This document shows positions 34,928-47,579 of a DNA stretch of 64,000 bases, piece after piece (the first letter of the stretch is position 1; every line of letters begins with the position of its first letter). The position numbers and the translations under genes are program-made. Under the pieces are notes generated by a model. That model did no database searches, was not told the DNA's origin, and worked only from the letters and a program-made list of their open reading frames with translations. The DNA lies in NCBI RefSeq assembly GCF_000143415.4, contig NW_003314280.1, positions 744,001-808,000 of the forward strand, written 5' to 3'. The stretch comes from Selaginella moellendorffii. Lineage: Eukaryota > Plantae > Lycopodiophyta.

Positions 34928-36919
34928 CTAAACTGGATGATCCTGGTTGACAAAAATGTTAGACAAGACCACATACGGAGTCGCCTTGTCGTCCTCAATC
35001 CAATCCATGGATGCCGCCTCTCCACCTCCTTCCAGATCCAAGAGCCGTGAAGCAGCACGCTGGCCGCACCCTAGATCACCATGGATCCCACTGCAGCACA
35101 ACAAAGTCCTCCAAGACACGAGATCAGGCTCAAACGGCATAGACTCCGTGAGCTCTTCCGCTTGCTCCAGCATCCCCGATCGACCCAGAAGATCAATCAT
35201 GCAAATGTATTGATCCAAGCTTCGGATCATCGCAAAGCTCTCCTCAATGTCCAAGAAGAGCTGGAGCCCGACCTTCAGGAGCCCCTTGTGGCTACATGCC
35301 GAGATAGCGATGTTGAAGGTAACACCGTCGGGATCCTCGCCCTGGGCGAGCATCTCCCAAAAGGCCGCCAGCCCAAGCAGAGAATGCCCGCTTTGGGCAT
35401 ATGCTGCAATCATCCCATTCCAAGCCACAAGATCCCTTCGTTCAATACAATCGAAAAGATCCCGCGCAGTAGCCAGGCAGCCACACTTTGCGTAGAGATT
35501 GACCATGACGCTCGTCATTGTCACATCGGCGGCGAGATCCTTGGCGGCGGCCAGCTCGTAGAGGAGCTTTCCCTCCGCGAGAGCCCTGGCGTGAACGCAC
35601 GCATCAAGAATGCTGATGAAGATCACCTTGTTGATGGGATACCCGTGGAGATCCATCGACCGGAAGAGCTCCAGCGATTCCTGGAGATGACCACGCTGCG
35701 CGTAGCCCTCGAGCATCGTCCCCCAGGCCACCACGTCCTTGTCTTCCATTCGATCGAAGAGCCCCCGCGCCTTGCCCAGATCGTTCCTCCGGACGTAGCC
35801 ATCGATGAGCGCCGTCCAGGAGATCACGTCGCGCTTGGACGGCCCCATGCGCTGGAAGAGATCCCGCGCTTCTTCCACTCGCCCGATCTGCGCGTAGCCA
35901 GTGATCATCACGTTCCAGGTGACGGTGCTGCGCAGCTCGGGCGGCATCCGCTGGAAGAGCTCCGCAGCATGATCCATGGATCCGTGCTGCGCGTATCCGG
36001 AGATCATCGCGGTCCAAGAGACAACTGTGCGAGCCGGGATCTCCTCGAAGAGAGCCCTGGCTTGATCAAGATGCCCCTTTTGGGCATATGCGGTGATCAT
36101 TGCGGTCCACGTGACCACATCCGGCTGGGCGGCTTTGTCGAAAAAATCCCGCGCTTGTTCTACGTTGGAATTCTGGGAGATTCCAACAATCATAGTGTTG
36201 TATGTTACAACGCTTCTTTCCGGGATCTCATCAAAGAGAGCTTTCGCATCGTCAAGATGCCCAGACAAGGCAAGTGCTGTGAGCATTGCGTTCCAGGTGA
36301 TGACGTTCCTGTGGGAGATTCGATCGAAAACAAGCCTTGCGCTTGCGAGATCGCCGTTTTGTGAGAACGCAGAGATCAAGGAGTTGTAGCTCGCGGTGGT
36401 TCTGTGCAGCATCGAATCGAACAGCCGCTTTGATTCGAGGATTTGCCCCTTGAGCCCAAACGCGACGATCATCGCGTTGCAAGCGAATGGATCCCACTGT
36501 GGCAGCCGATCGAACAGCTTCCTCGCGTCGCTGAATCTCCCGTTCTGGGAGAGCGCCGCGAGCATGGAATTCCAAGAGACCTCGTTGCGGCAGGGCGCGG
36601 CATCGAAGATACTCCGCGCCTCGCGCAGATGCCCGGTGCGGGCATACGCCGAGAGCATGATCGTCCAGGAGAAGGAGTTGGGGCTCTCGATCCGATCAAA
36701 GGCCGCGCGCGCGGCATCGACGCTGCCGCAGCTGCTGTACATCTGGACGAGGAGATTTCCGAGGAAGGTGTGGCGATCGAAGCCGAGAGCGGTGAGGTGC
36801 TGGTGGAGGGATCTGCCATCGCCGAGGAACTTGGACCTCGCATACTGCCGCAAGAGCGAGGCGTAGTGTTCTAGCGAAGCCGAGGACAAGCAAGAGGAGG
36901 AAGATCGCGCTAAAGCCAC
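34928..36919 (-). CDS. PLS-class PPR protein rich in tandem S/SS motifs, E domain, no DYW
   Basis: About ten 31-aa repeats (AR.LFD..P.R.VV.W.AMI), ACSHKG, YICMIDLLGRSG and YVVLSNIF. The ORF opens at GTG; a 16-codon first exon at 37032-36985 is possible. Confidence 0.92.
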   Translation of the reverse strand: MALARSSSSCLSSASLEHYASLLRQYARSKFLGDGRSLHQHLTALGFDRHTFLGNLLVQMYSSCGSVDAARAAFDRIESPNSFSWTIMLSAYARTGHLREARSIFDAAPCRNEVSWNSMLAALSQNGRFSDARKLFDRLPQWDPFACNAMIVAFGLKGQILESKRLFDSMLHRTTASYNSLISAFSQNGDLASARLVFDRISHRNVITWNAMLTALALSGHLDDAKALFDEIPERSVVTYNTMIVGISQNSNVEQARDFFDKAAQPDVVTWTAMITAYAQKGHLDQARALFEEIPARTVVSWTAMISGYAQHGSMDHAAELFQRMPPELRSTVTWNVMITGYAQIGRVEEARDLFQRMGPSKRDVISWTALIDGYVRRNDLGKARGLFDRMEDKDVVAWGTMLEGYAQRGHLQESLELFRSMDLHGYPINKVIFISILDACVHARALAEGKLLYELAAAKDLAADVTMTSVMVNLYAKCGCLATARDLFDCIERRDLVAWNGMIAAYAQSGHSLLGLAAFWEMLAQGEDPDGVTFNIAISACSHKGLLKVGLQLFLDIEESFAMIRSLDQYICMIDLLGRSGMLEQAEELTESMPFEPDLVSWRTLLCCSGIHGDLGCGQRAASRLLDLEGGGEAASMDWIEDDKATPYVVLSNIFVNQDHPV

Positions 36920-38566
36920 CTTTGATCAAATCAAACCATGGGAAATCCAATCCTAGCTTTCTATCAATGATTTGTATGTATCACGGTGGTTGCGTCTCTT
37001 TGCAGCGCGCATTGATAAGCTTGACAGTCCATGGATTTTGCGGTTAGAAGTTTCAGAAAAAAAAAAGGTGGATGGATGGATTTGTCTGTCCGATCACGAG
37101 CATTGCCGCGCTGGGGATGAGCGATTAAATTCCCGTGGACTCTCGGCGACAAGGTGTGAATCGCGCGAGATTATAAAACAGAGGGGGAAACCCTGTGCGT
37201 GATCCATATGGGATGAAAAGAAAAAATGCTCTCTCTGCTATTTAATTCCCTCGATCGCTTGGTAGGAGTTCTTCGACCACTTGCAGCGAATTTGTGGAGC
37301 ACAATCGTTGCAACTTGCAAACACGCGCCAAAAAAAAAAACGAAAAGAAAAAACAAGAAAAGAATTCGCGTCGGGAAGAATGTACGATCGCGAAAACGAT
37401 GGAAGCTTACAGCCCCACGCTTTCGCAACGATCAGTGACGAGCACTAGTGAAACCATCCTCTGGAAATCGAACACTCAGGCATCGTGAACAGGAAGAAAC
37501 GCTTGGATAAACCCAAAACGAATTGGATCACTGATCGCAAACATCGTTGTATGATCCGTGCGGGGGTCCCGAGCGAGCGAGCGAGCGAGCTATGCGATCC
37601 CAAGCACACAAAATTTCTCTTTCCTTGTCGTGATCGCTGTGTGGATCTTCAGCGTGTGCCAAGCAAGGGGAATAGTGTAGTCCAAAGACGAGGAAAAACA
37701 AAGGCAAGAAAATGTGGGTGGGGTTTCTAGGCTATAGTTTATTATGGATGAGCAAGAGGAGCAGCAACATGCGGAGGACGCGCTCGTCCTCTTCCCAGCA
37801 CCAGCGCCAGCGCTAGCACCAGCAGCAGCAGCGCCGCCACCGCACCAGGTAAGCGATCGATCCATGGCCGATTGATTGATCGGCGGCGCGGCCGATCGAT
37901 CGATCGATGCATCGCCCGCCCTAGCGCCGCCGCTTAGGTGTCTGTGATCGCATATTTCCTTCGATTCTCCTTCGATCCGTGCTGAATCGCTTGTGGATTT
38001 CTGGAATTGCCAGGCTGGGGTGCTGCTGCCTGTGACGGGGTTTCTTTTCTTTCTTCCCGTGTGTGTGTGTGTGTGTGGGGGGGGGGGGGGAGAGAAGATG
38101 AGAGAGAGATAAAGAGCTCTTTTGCCTTTCTTCTTTGTTCTTCTACCACTTCGTGTGCGCAACTTGGACTGGAGACTAAGGCCGGATCACGGGCGATGGA
38201 AAATGACTGTCCTGAGCACAGAGAAACGCAGAGGTGGTTGTTGGCAGTGATTGGATTGCTTGCTTTCTTCTCTCGCGGCTCGCCTCTACTTTATTTTCTG
38301 TCTTCCCCCTTTATTTTCGGTGATTGATCTTCTTTTCTTCCTTGACGCTCAGGGAGCGGCGGCGAAGCAGCGGCGAAGATGGTTTCTACGATGCGACTTA
38401 GATCCTCGGTGTTTCAGTTCCAGCAACTTGTGGAGAAAGGTGCGAAGCTAGAGATTTATGATTTCATGATTTCTCACTTCGTTTCCTCTGTTTTGCTTCC
38501 TTCCAGGATCATCATCACCAGCAGCTCGTCGCCTGAGCTTGCGATGAATTGTCATAGCGGTCAGCG

Positions 38567-41500
38567 ATGTTTGGAGGCCACAGGTGCAGCACGGCTGGGC
38601 TGAGGCAGCAAATATTACCTGGTGAAGAGCTCGAGGATCAAGCGTGGCTGCTCCGGCCCAAAGTCTTGGGAAAGCCTGCCGGTACTCCGGATGTTAGCCT
38701 CGATGCTTTCAGGGTCTGGAAGTCGGTGGTCTACCGAGGCGCCAGTCTTCCAGCCGGTTTTGTCGACTTGAAGCAGCTTTATCAGTTTGAGGCACTCGGA
38801 CAGGCAGTGTTTTGCACCGATCTCCATGGCGATATAACGTACTGGTGTGTATTTTTCGAGCGCTCCACGCTGGTGGCTTTCCGGACTTACAGCCTTTTCT
38901 GTTTTTGCAGGAGCAATACAGCTGAAGCGTTATACCTCTGGAGAAAAGAAGAAGTTAGTGGACTGAACGTCCTCAACATCCTTTTCCCCTTGGACGCTCT
39001 CAAGTCATCAAAGGAAATCCTTGTTCACGTTGGTCAAGGAAAGCTATGGTCGGGAGAGCATGCTTTTCTCAGGCGCGACGGCGTTCTTATCAATACCATG
39101 GTTATGAGCAGTCCACTTATGGGTAACGGCCGCCAGATTCAGGGTATTGTTGCAATCTCTTCGCAAATCGACAAGCCAGGCAGCATGAGAAGCCGAGAAC
39201 CTGAACGGATGGACTCGGATATATCTGAAAGCTCCATATCAAACTTGGAGCGGGTCGATTCCATGCAGCAGCACTCCAACTTGCCAGCAGGAACTGGAAT
39301 CTTTGTAAGTCCGCATGCCTTCGATATTTTCGCGGGATTTTGTGTTTATTCAAGCTTTCGATGCAGAGGCTGGGATTAAGTTCCATGCAGTACCTGTTCC
39401 GGAGGTTTGGTTTTGGAGCCGCCAAACCCGAAGAAGATCAGGCAGCTGCGGCACAGGACCACAAAATGGCGTCTGAATCTTCAGACCTCCTCCACATAAG
39501 CTACGGTGGAGAGTATTACTCGGGGAATTCAAGTCGTCAAAACTCGCCACGGATCCAAAGAGCTTCTGATCCTAACAGCGACGAGAGACTCGGCACTCCT
39601 GATCAGCAATCCAGGAGTTACCTTCCATGCAATGAAACCGCTGGGGGGAATTTCATGTCCAGATTTAACGCTGGTTTACCCGCTGGAGGAGCTTATGGAA
39701 ATGTCCCAGAGTCACCAAGAAATATCATGGTTGACAGTTGGTACTCACAACAACAACAGCAACAAGCTGCCGAAGATGATTTTCATCTTCAAATGGCTCT
39801 TTCGCTGCGGGTTCCTTCGGACAAGCCAGATGCAGATGCAGACGATTCCAGTACGAGGACGGGAAAATCATCTTCCGACGCGACTAAAGCCGAGACTACG
39901 TCTTATCGTTATTGGGTAAGTTCAATGACATCTTTCGATACTGCGAACTTGATACGTGCTTCTCCCTTGCAGGTGACGAGCTCTCTAAGTTACGATGAGT
40001 GGATTGAGGATGGCTTTTACGAGCTGTGGGGAATGAGTCCTCATGTCTGGAGCATTTGCACTGACTCTTCTGAGCAAGGCCGGATGCCTCCATTGGAATC
40101 TCTGCATCGTGTGCATCCATCAGAGGCAGTCTTCGATGTGGTGCTCGTGGACAGAAGTGTAGATCCCGCGCTGTGTACACTAGAAGACAGGGTGGTCAAT
40201 CTAGCGTACGAAGCAAACGAAGTCTTTGATTTAGCTTCTCAACTGGGAAAGCTAGTCGCAGTCGAGATGGGGGGCCCTGCTGCTTCGGACGATGATTTGG
40301 TTGAGACGTGGCAGCAAAATCGTTTGAAGCTGATGCAGATCTCCGGGAGTGTGGTTCTTCCAATCGGACTCATCAAGGCTGGTCTCTCTAGGCACAGGGC
40401 TCTTCTTTTCAAGGTGAGTCTTCTCCATGTAATCACCAGTCTTTTAACGCAAGAAGCTGTGTTTTTCCAGGTGCTAGCAGATAGTGTTGGCCTACCGTGT
40501 CGCCTTGTCCGCGGCCACCCCTTCTGTGCCAAGGAGGAAGACGCTTTTGCTCTCGTTAAATGCAACAGCGGGAGGTAAATCTTCGTCATGCTCGCGACGT
40601 CTAAAGAGCTGAATTTTGTCGTTCCATGTTGCAGGGAATGGGTCGTAGACTTAGTCTGCAAACCGGGGCTTTTGCTTCCACCTGAAACAAGAACTCCTGT
40701 ATCTGCTGGGATGGGAAGCCCTTCTTTGCGACAACCGTCCTCATCCTCCCCCGACTCAGCTTCTAGTTCCGTTTCTATTAAAAGATCAAACTCTGCGGAC
40801 GAGCCGCCAAATCCAGAGAAAGGTGAACAGGAAGGCAGGCCGGTGGATTTTATTAGCAAGACGACTCGCTTCAAGGAAAGGACTAGAGAGGAACTCATAG
40901 CAAAAGCAAGAGAAAAAGAGGTTGACCAACAGAAAGCTATAAAGATGGCAAGTCACGTAGATGACTACGAGATCAAATGGGAAGACGTCCATATTGGTGA
41001 ACGCGTTGGGCAGGGTATGTCAACTCTCTTCCAGTTTTCTAAATTTGCTATTCTAAATTGTTTATTTTCCAGGTTCTTTTGGAAGGGTCTATCACGCTGA
41101 CTGGCAAGGCTCCGTAAGTGGATTTTCTAGACTGAGCTTTATGAAACTAAGTTTGGACTTCACAGGATGTTGCAGTCAAAGTTTTCCTGGATCAAGACAT
41201 CAGGTCTGAAGCGCTTGAAGAGTTCAAACGAGAGGTATACTTTCTATCACTCTCTCGTGATCTAACTGGTTCGCTTTAGGTGGCAATGATCCGTCGGCTG
41301 CGGCATCCAAACATAGTTCTCTTCATGGGAGCGGTCACACAGCCTCCAAACTTATCACTCGTTACCGAGTTCTGTCCAAGGTATTTCAGACACTCAATTG
41401 CCTCCCTTCAAGCAGTTCTTAAGGTGTCAAGTTTGCAGAGGGAGCCTATTCAGGATTCTGCAAAAAACCAAACTGGATGAGCGTCGACGCCTACGTATGG

Positions 41501-42350
41501 CCCTTGATGTGGTAAGCATCATGCCAGTTGCACACTTCTTCTCACACGCATGTAATCAGTCCAAAGGAATGAATTATCTCCATCGATGCTGTCCCCCTAT
41601 AGTACACAGGGACTTGAAATCCCCGAATTTGCTAGTGAAGGAAAACTGGACGATCAAGGTGATTTATCAAGTGAACAAACTGTGCTGTTGCTTAATAACT
41701 GTCCACTGCTGTACAGGTGTGTGATTTTGGATTGTCGCGCCCAAAGAACAACACTTTTCTTACTTCTAAAACTGGAGTTGGAACGGTAAGCAGCCGTGCG
41801 GATTCTGGCTTTTTGCTTTTTTCTTACCGTGAGACGTGTTGCAGCCCGAGTGGACTGCTCCAGAGGTTTTGCGCAACGAGCCATCTGACGAGAAGTAAAA
41901 CATGAACGTCTTCCGTGGCACCAGTGTTTTTAACGTCACTGCGCTTTTCCTTTGTTTTTCTCTGGACAGGTGTGATGTCTACAGCTTTGGAGTGATTTTG
42001 TGGGAGCTTGCGACGCTCCAGCAACCGTGGGCTGGCATGAACTCCATGCAGGTTCGAGAGAAAAAACAAAGCAAGCTTTTTTGGTTCTAGTTCTAATCTC
42101 GCTGTTCCAGGTGATTGGAGCTGTGGGCTATCTAAACCAGAGGCTGCCAATACCCGATCACATCGAGCCGGGGATCATTGCATTGATGCAGGCTTGTTGG
42201 TCCTCGTAAGTTTCCAAGATTTCTAATCAAAATGTGCCCCTTTCGTTTTTTTTTTTCTTGCACAGAGACCCAAAAGCTCGGCCATCTTTTGGCGAAATAA
42301 TGCACAAACTAAAGACACTGCCGCGGTACGCCTTTACAAAACAGTCGTGA
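38567..42350 (+). CDS. Raf-like MAPKKK with PAS + EDR1 + kinase domains (ARK/ANR/CTR1L type)
   Basis: PAS ([30 protein letters not shown]), EDR1 ([49 protein letters not shown]) and kinase ([31 protein letters not shown]). TGA at 42348-42350. Confidence 0.9.
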
Positions 42351-42637
42351 GAGTCTCGTGAAGAAGAAAAGGAGAGTTTCTTCTGTACAAACATTTTGGA
42401 TGCTCTCTTCTCTCGTGTAATTTAGCATGGTTTTTAGCTCTCATAATTTTACCTTGTGAGTTTGGGCCCTTTGTGTTGTTATATATTTGCGTCGAGGGTT
42501 TTTATTTGCCATGGCGACACGTGCGCTGCCCATGAAGACGAGGTGGCGCCGGCTCTTGGCTGGGAGCATCCACAGCTCTGCCAGGTTGTAGATCACACAA
42601 GTTTCTAGGCTAGAATTAGAGCGAGCGCGCAACACGC

Positions 42638-45600
42638 ATGGCTGGGAATGAGTGGATCAATGGATATTTGGAGGCGATTCTTGATAGCGGCGTGGGAATC
42701 GACGAGCAGCGCGCGAGCGATCGCAAGGCGCCGGCGTCGCCCGATCTTCTGGGATTCAATGCCAGCAAGTACTTTGTGGAGGAGGTCGTGAGTGGATTCG
42801 ATGAGACGGACATCCATAGAACCTGGGTAAAGGTCAGTTGGTTGATTGCTCTTCTTTGCCAAGCATCGCGACTATACTAGAATTTGTAATCGATCGATGG
42901 GGTGATTTTCGCAGGCTACTGCCACCAGGAATGTGAGGGAACGAAGCGCTCGATTGGAGAACTTGTGCTGGAGGATTTGGCACCTTACCAGGAAGAAGAA
43001 ACAGGCAAGCTTTTGCCCTCTTTGGTTTTTTTTTTTGGGTGTTCTAATGGTTTCGACGATAGAATGAAGCCGAGCACGCACAGCGCGTGTCGCATCGCAA
43101 AATCCAGCGCGAGCAGGGCCTGCTGGAGACGACCGAGGATTTATCAGAGGGAGAGAAGGCCGATCCTCCCGTGGAAGTTGTCCCCAACGAGAACGAGAAC
43201 GAGAACGAGAGCTCGATGAAGAGGATCGCCTCCGACTTGGAAGAGACGTGCAACGCTCCTTCGATCGCTCCCGCTAGCGACGAGCAGCAACACAAGGAGA
43301 GAAAGCTCTACATTGTAATGATAAGGTGACGCCATAGATCATACTATCTCTACGTAGTTTTCTGCCTTTGTTTAAACTTGTTTTCTCCCTCGCAGTCTTC
43401 ATGGTCTTGTTCGTGGAGAAAACATGGAGCTCGGTCGTGATTCGGACACCGGAGGCCAGGTGAAACAAAAAACTTTCTTTCGCAGTCTTGACTTTCGAAT
43501 CGTATAGGTGAAATATGTTGTCGAGTTCGCGAGAGCTCTGGCTTTGATGCCGGAAGTCTACCGTGTCGACTTGCTCACGCGCCAGATCTCCGCTCCCGAC
43601 GTGGATTGGAGCTACGGTGAGCCGACCGAGATGCTGTCCTCGGACGAGAACGTAGCCGGCGAGAGCAGCGGTGCTTACATCGTCCGCATTCCCTGCGGAC
43701 CGCGAGACAAGTATCTCCGCAAGGAGCTCCTCTGGCCTTACATCCAGGAGTTCGTCGACGGCGCTCTCTCGCACATCCTCAACATGTCCAAAGTCTTGGG
43801 AGACCAGCTCTCGTCCGAAAATCGCGTGTGGCCTTATGTCATTCACGGGCATTACGCGGACGCCGGTGACAGTGCGTCGCTGCTCTCGGGAGCTCTCAAC
43901 GTGCCGATGGTGCTCACGGGCCACTCGCTGGGGCGGAACAAGTTGGAGCAGCTTCTCAAGCAGGGGAGACAGTCCAAGGAGGATATAAACTCGACGTACC
44001 GTATCATGAGACGGATCGAGGGGGAGGAGCTCGCGCTAGATGCGGCCGAGCTGGTGATCACCAGCACGAGGCAGGAGATTGTGGAGCAGTGGGGACTTTA
44101 CGATGGATTCGACGTGAAGCTGGACAAAACTTTGAGAGTCCGGTTGAAGAGTGGAGTGAGCTGCGGAGGTCGTTACATGCCTCGGATGGTCGTATGTTTC
44201 TTTTTTTTGTATATGTTCTTAGTTGGTTTTGATCCTCCTCTTGTGTTTTTCTTTCAAGGTGATTCCACCCGGGATGGATTTTAGCAATGTGATTGTCCAG
44301 GACGCTGGTGATGTTTTCGAAGGCGAGGGGGACGTTGCGTTCACTGGCACGGAAGCGGCGGCAGTGACGCCAGTTTCTCCACGGCCACAGCCACCAATCT
44401 GGGGAGAGGTGACAAAAAAAACTGGTTTTTGTACGTGTTTTCAACGATTGTTCTTCGTTAACAGGTGATGCGTTTCTTCGTCAACCCTCACAAACCCATG
44501 GTTTTGGCTCTTGCTCGTCCGGATCCCAAGAAGAACATCACTACACTGCTCAAGGCTTTTGGAGAGTGTCGCCCCCTTCGAGACTTGGCAAACCTCGTAA
44601 GTACTTCAATCGCACGATAATTTCTCTTGCTAATTCTTTCGCTTTCTAGACGCTTGTGATGGGAAATCGCGATGATATCGACGAGATGTCTGCTGCAAGC
44701 TCAAATGTCCTTACACAAGCTCTCAAGCTTATCGACAAGTACGACCTTTACGGCCAGGTTGCTTATCCCAAACACCACAAGCAGTCAGATGTTCCCGAGA
44801 TCTATCGCCTCGCAGCCAAAACTAAGGTAGTCTGATCCAAGTCTTTTCTTGTGTCGCTAACTTCCGAGGTTGCTGCAGGGTGTTTTCGTAAATCCAGCTC
44901 TGGTTGAGCCCTTCGGCTTGACACTTATCGAGGTTGACAATGTCGTTACGTTCCTATCAAAATGCTGATTGTTTCGGTTTTACTTTGTTTTACAGGCAGC
45001 AGCTCATGGTCTTCCAATGGTTGCGACGAAGAATGGAGGGCCAGTCGATATAGCTACCGTAAGTGTGTGTCTTACAAACTTCGTGTTCTAACTTGGAAAA
45101 TGTGAGCAGACTCTCGAAAACGGTGTCTTGGTCGATCCTCACGACCAGAAACAGATCGCCGACGGCTTGCTCAAGCTGCTAGCTGACAGAAACGCGTGGC
45201 TAGAATACAGAAGAAACGGCCTCAAGAACATCCACTTGTACTCGTGGCCGCAGCACTGCCGGACTTATCTCTCCAGAGTGGCACTGTGCCGAATGAGGCA
45301 CCCACAGTGGCAGAGCGACGACGTCTACGGCAACATGGACGCTGATTCTTTCGCCGACTCGCTCCGGGACGTGCAAGACATGTCCCTCCGCCTCTCGGAC
45401 GATGGAGAGCGCAGCGGCTCGCTCAACAGCTCTCTGGAGAAAATCCTCCGGGGATCCAACAAGAACATCGAGCAACTCAAGCAGGCGTTTGAGAAACACA
45501 TGCGAGCTCACGAGGAATCCGACATGTCGTCGCAGCAGCAGAGTAATAGCAATCACTCCTCGAACCGGCTGCCGTTTTCTCGCAAGAAACGGCGGTTATT

Positions 45601-46647
45601 CGTCATCGCGGTCGATAGCTACGACGTCGAAGGGAGCCGGGACTGTCCTGCCAAGCCCATGATCAACGTTATACAGGAGATACTCAAGGCTGGCAAGTCG
45701 GACTCGGGTGGCCGAGCCACGAGCTTTGTGCTGTCCACGGCACTGACTTCGAGCGAGACTGTGTCGCTGCTGAGCTCCGCAGGAATTGGAGTGGCCGAGT
45801 TCGATGCATTGATATGTAGCAGCGGGAGTGAGCTACTTTACCCGGGTGGAGGACAAAACTCGGACGAAACCAACAACAACTCGTCACCGGGTGATCAGCA
45901 GCTAGTTTCTGATCCAGACTACTCGATCCACATTGGATATCGGTGGGGTGGCGAGGGCCTCTCCAAAGCCATGCAGCGTTTGATTGCCAACATGGGATCA
46001 TCTCACAAAGATGGAGAGGGGAAAGAAAAGGAAGAGGACTCGCAGATGACCATCTGCGGCGAGGAGAGCCGGGGTCACTCGCACTGCCTCGCCTACAGCG
46101 TCGGAAGCGGCTGCGATAGCGACGTAAGTTCCTCCGGCTTGGAAGTTTGGTTTCTTTCTAACGCTTGTTTGTTGATGATCATATCAGGTGCCGAAGGTGG
46201 ATTACCTCCGACAAGCTCTGCGGATGCGAGGCTTCCGCTCCCATGCCATTTACTGCTTTGGAGCGACCAAGCTTCACGTCCTCCCTCTCTTCGCCTCCCG
46301 CTCACAAGCTCTAAGGTATAAAAATCTCTTTTTTTTTTTCCTTTCCAGATCCTCTTAAACTCGGAACTTTCAGGTACTTGTTTGTGCGCTGGGGGATTGA
46401 TGTATCCAACATGGTGTTGTTCGTGGGCGAGGACGGAGACACGGACTACGAGCAGCTCCTGGGAGGGACGCACCGGGTGGTGATCCTCAAGGGGGCCGTG
46501 ACCGCTGGCTCCGAGAGGTTTGTGCGATCGAGCAGCAGTTACACGCGAGAGGACGTCGCTCCAAATCCCTCGGACGGCCCCTACGTTGCGATCACCCAGG
46601 ACGATTATAGCAGCGAACAGATCATAGATGCGCTCAAGAAATTTTGA
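42638..46647 (+). CDS. SPS: Sucrose-phosphate synthase
   Basis: [68 protein letters not shown] and an SPP-like C-terminus (GEDGDTDYE). About 14 exons. Confidence 0.97.
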
Positions 46648-47579
46648 TTAAATTTCCCCTGTAATAAAACCCAGATCAAAATGGTTGAAGATCCATTGTG
46701 CACCGGGCTCTTAAAATTATTGTTGTGTATGCCGTGAAGAAAGCTTGCTTGCATGTTGTGCTTTGAGCACGGAATTAAGAAATTCTTAAGGCTAAAATGA
46801 AGTGCTCAACACATTATTATGCTGATGTGGATAACACGACGCGAGCCTACGTGTCGGGCGACATGGTATCACGAATATGCGAATTGGTATAAATTTTGCA
46901 CATGGTTTACGACCATATTCTAATGTCGCAGAGGATCTTCCCGGAGATTTGCTGGTTGGCTCCCAGTGTTGGGATTAAATCACCACAAAATCCACTTTGT
47001 GTGGCCCATGTGGCTGTGGCCACATGACCGCAAATCGCGGTGGTACGGATTCTCTCCCACGTGGACTTTACCCACTCTTCAGCCTGTCACGCAGCGCCGC
47101 AGAATCCGGCCGCCACATCAGCGCTGTAAGATACGCTAGCCATCGCGGCCGTGCACTCTGGAGGCCGGCCATCGCACGGCTTAAAAGGCCACCACGTGGT
47201 GCCCCGTCAGCGCGGTTTTTGGGCACCGGGATATTCGAGGATACACAAGGGAGAATTTTTTCCCAGTGTGGTCAGTAGGGAAGGAAGAGGGTGTGGTTTC
47301 ATGGCGATGCTGGCGGCGGCGGCGGTGTGGTGAGAAGAATGTGGACCTGCCAGGCGATTGGTGGAGCTGGCGGCGCTGGCAGGGGGCCGCAGATCGATCG
47401 CCGCCCGGAAATGCGGTGCTAATTTTCTCTTGGATCGCTGTATTTCGGGAATGCTGGCGCCCCGATCCATGGCGCGCTGCCTCTAGGTCGATGGATTGGG
47501 CCCCGAGCTAGGATTGAGTAGGAGCTAGCTGCCTGGCACCAGGGATTCTCGATCTCTCCCACACCACACCACAGGGTTA

